Source: an uncultured archaeon
GTDB taxonomy: Archaea; Iainarchaeota; Iainarchaeia; Iainarchaeales; CSSED10-239
Assembly: GCA_964496765.1 (NCBI GenBank)
Contig: CAZCAP010000006.1
Span: forward strand, 6,959-38,958
Reading direction: 5' to 3'
DNA: 32,000 bases
Every line of letters begins with the position of its first letter. The stretch's first letter is position 1. Below, piece by piece: positions 28,435 through 32,000 of the stretch. The translations under genes and the position numbers were made by a program. The notes under the pieces are model-generated. The model had not been told where the DNA came from. It made no database searches and was given only the letters and a program-made list of their open reading frames with translations.

Positions 28435-29706
28435 ATGAACAAAAAAATAGGAATTAGCATTGTGCTTTTAGCATTCATGCTTTTATTAACACCGCACTTT
28501 TTTGCAGCAGGGAGTACTCCAACAGATACTTCAAATATTGATGCAAAAACATACAACTACAGTCCAAACCCAGTTCTTTCTGGAGAAGAATTTGAGCTTT
28601 GGATTCAATTAACAAACAACAGTAACTATGTAGCAAATAATGTGAGCTATGAATTAAGATCTAAATATCCGTTTACAGTTATTGATTTTAATTCAATGGG
28701 AACAGTTTCTGTTCTAGCACCACATGCAACAACAATCATTAAATATAAACTAAGAACTGATATTCAAACAACAAGCGGAACCTATGAACTAGAGTTTAAA
28801 GCAAAAAGAGGAGATAGTACAATAGCAACTATTTTCACCTATGAAATAGATGTTTCAGGATCATCTTCAATTGTTGATATCATATCATCAAATGTAGAAC
28901 AGGCAACAGTTGGAGGGACATCAAACATAGATTTAATAATTAAAAATATTGGAAAGAAGGGTGCCCAGGATATATTTGTAACTCTTGATGATTCAACAGA
29001 TGATGTTGTGAAAATATTAAATCTGAAAACACAATATCTTGATGAATTAAACATAGATTCAACAAACACATTCCATTTTGAAGCAACGGTTTCAAAGGAT
29101 GCAACCAAGAAAAACTATACACTCCCAATAACAATCACATTCAAGGACTCAGATGGGAACTATAGTTTATCAAGAAGCATTGGGTTAGAAATCAAAGATG
29201 AACCAAACATGATTATTAACATACTCGCTGTTGGATCTTTAGAAAACAACACATTATCTACTACTTCAGATGAAACATTATCTCTTGAAATATATAACAC
29301 AGGAAATATAGATGCAGAATCTGTTTATGTTGAAGTACAAACTCCAATTTCTGATAACATAAGCAATTACTTTGTGGGTTCAATTGAAAAAAACAATTAC
29401 GATAGTGTTGACCTGAAGTTTAAGACACTTAGGCTTGATAAAGGAGAATATCCATTAACAATCATCGTCCACTATAAAGACAGTAGTTTAAAGGAACAAA
29501 CAGTATCTAAAACAATTAATGTAAATATAATTGAGTCAACTACTGGAAATAGTGGTGTTGGAAAAATAATTACAACCCTCCTAACCATACTTGCAATAAT
29601 TGTTGGTATTGCTCTATTAATCCTCATAGTTAAATGGTTAATTAGAGTAATATTAAAACCAGCCTATTGTAGTTTGTTTGGAATAATCAAAAAGAAAAAG
29701 AAGTAA
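28435..29706 (+). CDS. Secreted/surface protein with CARDB/COG1361-like beta-sandwich repeats and C-terminal TM anchor
   Basis: N-terminal signal sequence, several NTGxxxAxxVxVxL-like modules and C-terminal hydrophobic helix followed by KKKKK. Confidence 0.85.
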   Translation: MNKKIGISIVLLAFMLLLTPHFFAAGSTPTDTSNIDAKTYNYSPNPVLSGEEFELWIQLTNNSNYVANNVSYELRSKYPFTVIDFNSMGTVSVLAPHATTIIKYKLRTDIQTTSGTYELEFKAKRGDSTIATIFTYEIDVSGSSSIVDIISSNVEQATVGGTSNIDLIIKNIGKKGAQDIFVTLDDSTDDVVKILNLKTQYLDELNIDSTNTFHFEATVSKDATKKNYTLPITITFKDSDGNYSLSRSIGLEIKDEPNMIINILAVGSLENNTLSTTSDETLSLEIYNTGNIDAESVYVEVQTPISDNISNYFVGSIEKNNYDSVDLKFKTLRLDKGEYPLTIIVHYKDSSLKEQTVSKTINVNIIESTTGNSGVGKIITTLLTILAIIVGIALLILIVKWLIRVILKPAYCSLFGIIKKKKK

Positions 29707-29760
29707 AAATTACTTCTTTCATCTTTATTTTCGCTTCTAAAAATACAAAACTAAATCAAT

Positions 29761-30996
29761 ATGAATTTAAAAAAATATAAATCATTAACAAAGCTTACCT
29801 TGAAAAACATTGTAAGAAGAAGACTTAGATCCAGTCTTACGATTCTTTCAGTAATGATTGGAATAGGTGCAGTTATTGCTCTAGTTCTATTAAGCAATGG
29901 TTTGTTCAATGCAATTGAGGGACAATTCAATCAAATGGGAACAAACACAGTCATGGTTGTTCCTATTAATTTCGGTGGAGGTGGGATGAGTGGCCCAATG
30001 GGTGAATCCCAAAGACTTGGAGAGGACATTAAGCTCACTCTTAATGATGCAAAGAACATAGAAAAGGTTTCTGGAGTCACAGAAGTAATTGCCTTCTCAT
30101 TTAAAATGACTAAGCTTGAATTTGCACATGAGGAACAATATAAGACAGTCTACATTGTAAAGGAAGCACAGGCAGACACAACCCTGAAAATTATGAATAT
30201 GACGATCCGTAGTGGTACAGGACTTACAGGAAAAGAAGGAAGAAAAGTAATAATTGGAGCACTGGTTGCTGATGATCTTTTCAAAAAGCAAATAAAAGTT
30301 GGGAACATAATTAAAGTAGATAACCTTGATTTCAAGGTTGTTGGAATACTGGATTACATAGGAAATGAACAGGATGATGGTTCAATTTACATGACCAGAG
30401 AATTTGCAGATGAAGTGTATGGATTAGGGGATCAGGTTGATGAAATATTTATTAAAACAAACCCAAAAGACGATGTGCTTCTAATTAAAGATAAGATTGT
30501 TAAAAAACTAGAGAAAACACATGACAAAAATAGTTTTATTGTAATAACCGCAACACAGATTTTAGATATTATTAAAAGTATATTGAATATTCTTAAAATT
30601 ATTCTAACTGCAATCGCAGGAATATCAATTGTAGTTGGTGCGATTGGTATAATGAACTCAATCTATACTTCTGTTCTTGAAAGAACAAAGGAAATTGGAG
30701 TACTTAAAGCAATTGGAGCTCATCCAAAAGATATTAATTACATATTCATTTCTGAATCAATAATTCTTTCTCTAATTGGTGGTGTGCTTGGTATATTGTT
30801 TGGAATTGGAATTGCAAAAGGAGTTGAGTTATATGCCATATCTCAAAACTTCACTATGCTAACAATAACAATTACAGGAGGGGTTATTCTTCTAGGGCTT
30901 GGGTTAGCACTAGTAACTGGTATTCTTTCTGGTATTCTCCCAGCTAGAAGAGCAGAACACATGAACACCGTTGATGCACTAAGAAACAAGATGTGA
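29761..30996 (+). CDS. ABC transporter permease (MacB/FtsX family), second in locus
   Basis: LTLKNIVRRRLRSSLTILSVMIGIGAVIALVLLSNGL and NSIYTSVLERTKEIGVLKAIGAHPKDINYIFISESIILSLIGGVLG. Confidence 0.96.
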   Translation: MNLKKYKSLTKLTLKNIVRRRLRSSLTILSVMIGIGAVIALVLLSNGLFNAIEGQFNQMGTNTVMVVPINFGGGGMSGPMGESQRLGEDIKLTLNDAKNIEKVSGVTEVIAFSFKMTKLEFAHEEQYKTVYIVKEAQADTTLKIMNMTIRSGTGLTGKEGRKVIIGALVADDLFKKQIKVGNIIKVDNLDFKVVGILDYIGNEQDDGSIYMTREFADEVYGLGDQVDEIFIKTNPKDDVLLIKDKIVKKLEKTHDKNSFIVITATQILDIIKSILNILKIILTAIAGISIVVGAIGIMNSIYTSVLERTKEIGVLKAIGAHPKDINYIFISESIILSLIGGVLGILFGIGIAKGVELYAISQNFTMLTITITGGVILLGLGLALVTGILSGILPARRAEHMNTVDALRNKM

Positions 30997-30998
30997 AC

Positions 30999-31802
30999 TT
31001 ATTTTATAACCTTATAAATATTTATTTTTCTTAGTTCTCTTAAGCTTTTGCCTTTAGTAACTTTTTTTAAAGAACTCTTTACTTTCTTTCCTGTTGCTTT
31101 TGGAACCTTAGAAAAAGCAATTTCTTTTGGAAGTACCCCTGATTTTAATGCACTATTAATGTACATTCTCAGTTGTCTCTTGTATTCTTCCCTATGATAT
31201 CTATCTGTGCATATGCTATTAAAGTTGGGAGGTAATAAATAAACAAACTTATATTTATTTCTAGCTGCATAGTTTTTTAAAAATTTAATAACTAGGTTTC
31301 TCCAGGGCACTCCAAGATCTTTATTTAATTTTGCAATAATTTCTTTAGCTTTTGGACCAGAAAATTCAGGACCCTGGATATGATTCATTATTAATTGAGG
31401 AGCTCCTATTTTATTTTTAGATATTACAAACCCAATTGTTCCAATAACTTCTTTTTCTTTTGAATAAACCTTATATTCAATTATATTTTCAACATGCTTT
31501 GGAAATTCATAGTCTGTTTTAATAGCATAATCTTTTTGAGTAATGGGAATTAAATTTTTTCTATCTTTCATGAACTCAATTGTTGGTTTTAATCTTTCTA
31601 GAATAGAATTAAGAGTTAGATTTGCTGTGGAGCCTAATCTTTTTTTAGCAATTGAACCATAGCCTCCAATTGCAGAAATTAACCACTTTGTAAGTTTAGG
31701 ATCCCTAGTAATTGCTTTTAATTTAGTGATCTCTGATTCAGTAAACCTGCCAGCGTATGCATCATACACTTCATTTAGTTCAGAATCTCTATTATTTGCC
31801 AT
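30999..31802 (-). CDS. hypothetical protein (267 aa)
   Basis: Long intact ORF with a basic C-terminus, convergent with the permease. No family recognised. Confidence 0.7.
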   Translation of the reverse strand: MANNRDSELNEVYDAYAGRFTESEITKLKAITRDPKLTKWLISAIGGYGSIAKKRLGSTANLTLNSILERLKPTIEFMKDRKNLIPITQKDYAIKTDYEFPKHVENIIEYKVYSKEKEVIGTIGFVISKNKIGAPQLIMNHIQGPEFSGPKAKEIIAKLNKDLGVPWRNLVIKFLKNYAARNKYKFVYLLPPNFNSICTDRYHREEYKRQLRMYINSALKSGVLPKEIAFSKVPKATGKKVKSSLKKVTKGKSLRELRKINIYKVIK

Positions 31803-31918
31803 AGATGCTCCCTATAGAAAGTTAGCTATGCAATTATTTATAAAGATTTCTTATATATATTATATTATATAAACTAGTTTTTCTTTATTCAGAATTTCTT
31901 TTTAGAAAGAAAAATCTT

Positions 31919-31990
31919 GCCTCTATAGCTCAGTGGTAGAGCGTCAGTCTTGTAAACTGAAAGTCGGGGGTTCAAATCCCTCTAGAGGCT
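31919..31990 (+). tRNA. tRNA-Thr (anticodon TGT)
   Basis: GCCTCTA-TA-GCTC(AGTGGTA)GAGC-G-TCAGT(CTTGTAA)ACTGA-AAGTC-GGGGG(TTCAAAT)CCCTC-TAGAGGC-T. Complete cloverleaf; no CCA encoded. Confidence 0.97.
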
Positions 31991-32000
31991 TAACACCTTC

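Overview
This is an AT-rich archaeal window. By gene style it resembles a DPANN/Woesearchaeota-Pacearchaeota-like genome, which is an inference and not proven here. It contains a stand-alone 23S rRNA gene on the minus strand (~1180-4150) with no 16S or 5S next to it. That gene is bracketed by a perfect 20-nt inverted repeat that looks like its processing stem. Two tRNAs are present: Asp(GTC) on the minus strand and Thr(TGT) on the plus strand. Housekeeping genes are a YchF/OLA1-type GTPase and an archaeal leucyl-tRNA synthetase. A compact copper-handling operon encodes an HMA chaperone, a Met-rich membrane protein, a cupredoxin and a CopA P-type ATPase. Its upstream neighbour is a membrane-tethered winged-helix regulator with a Cys/His/Met external loop, and a perfect palindrome sits just upstream of the operon TATA box. 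A MacB/FtsX-like ABC operon has one ATPase, two permeases, a surface protein and two unknown cytosolic proteins. The most interesting region is 15932-22186. It encodes two half-size T2SF-like membrane proteins and a TadA/VirB11-like ATPase fused at its N-terminus to an 8-cysteine [4Fe-4S] ferredoxin module. Upstream are two paralogous membrane-anchored extracytoplasmic coiled-coil proteins. The larger one has 55-residue repeats, is dense in N-glycosylation sequons, and is interrupted by one in-frame TAA codon. No CRISPR array, transposase or phage module was recognised.
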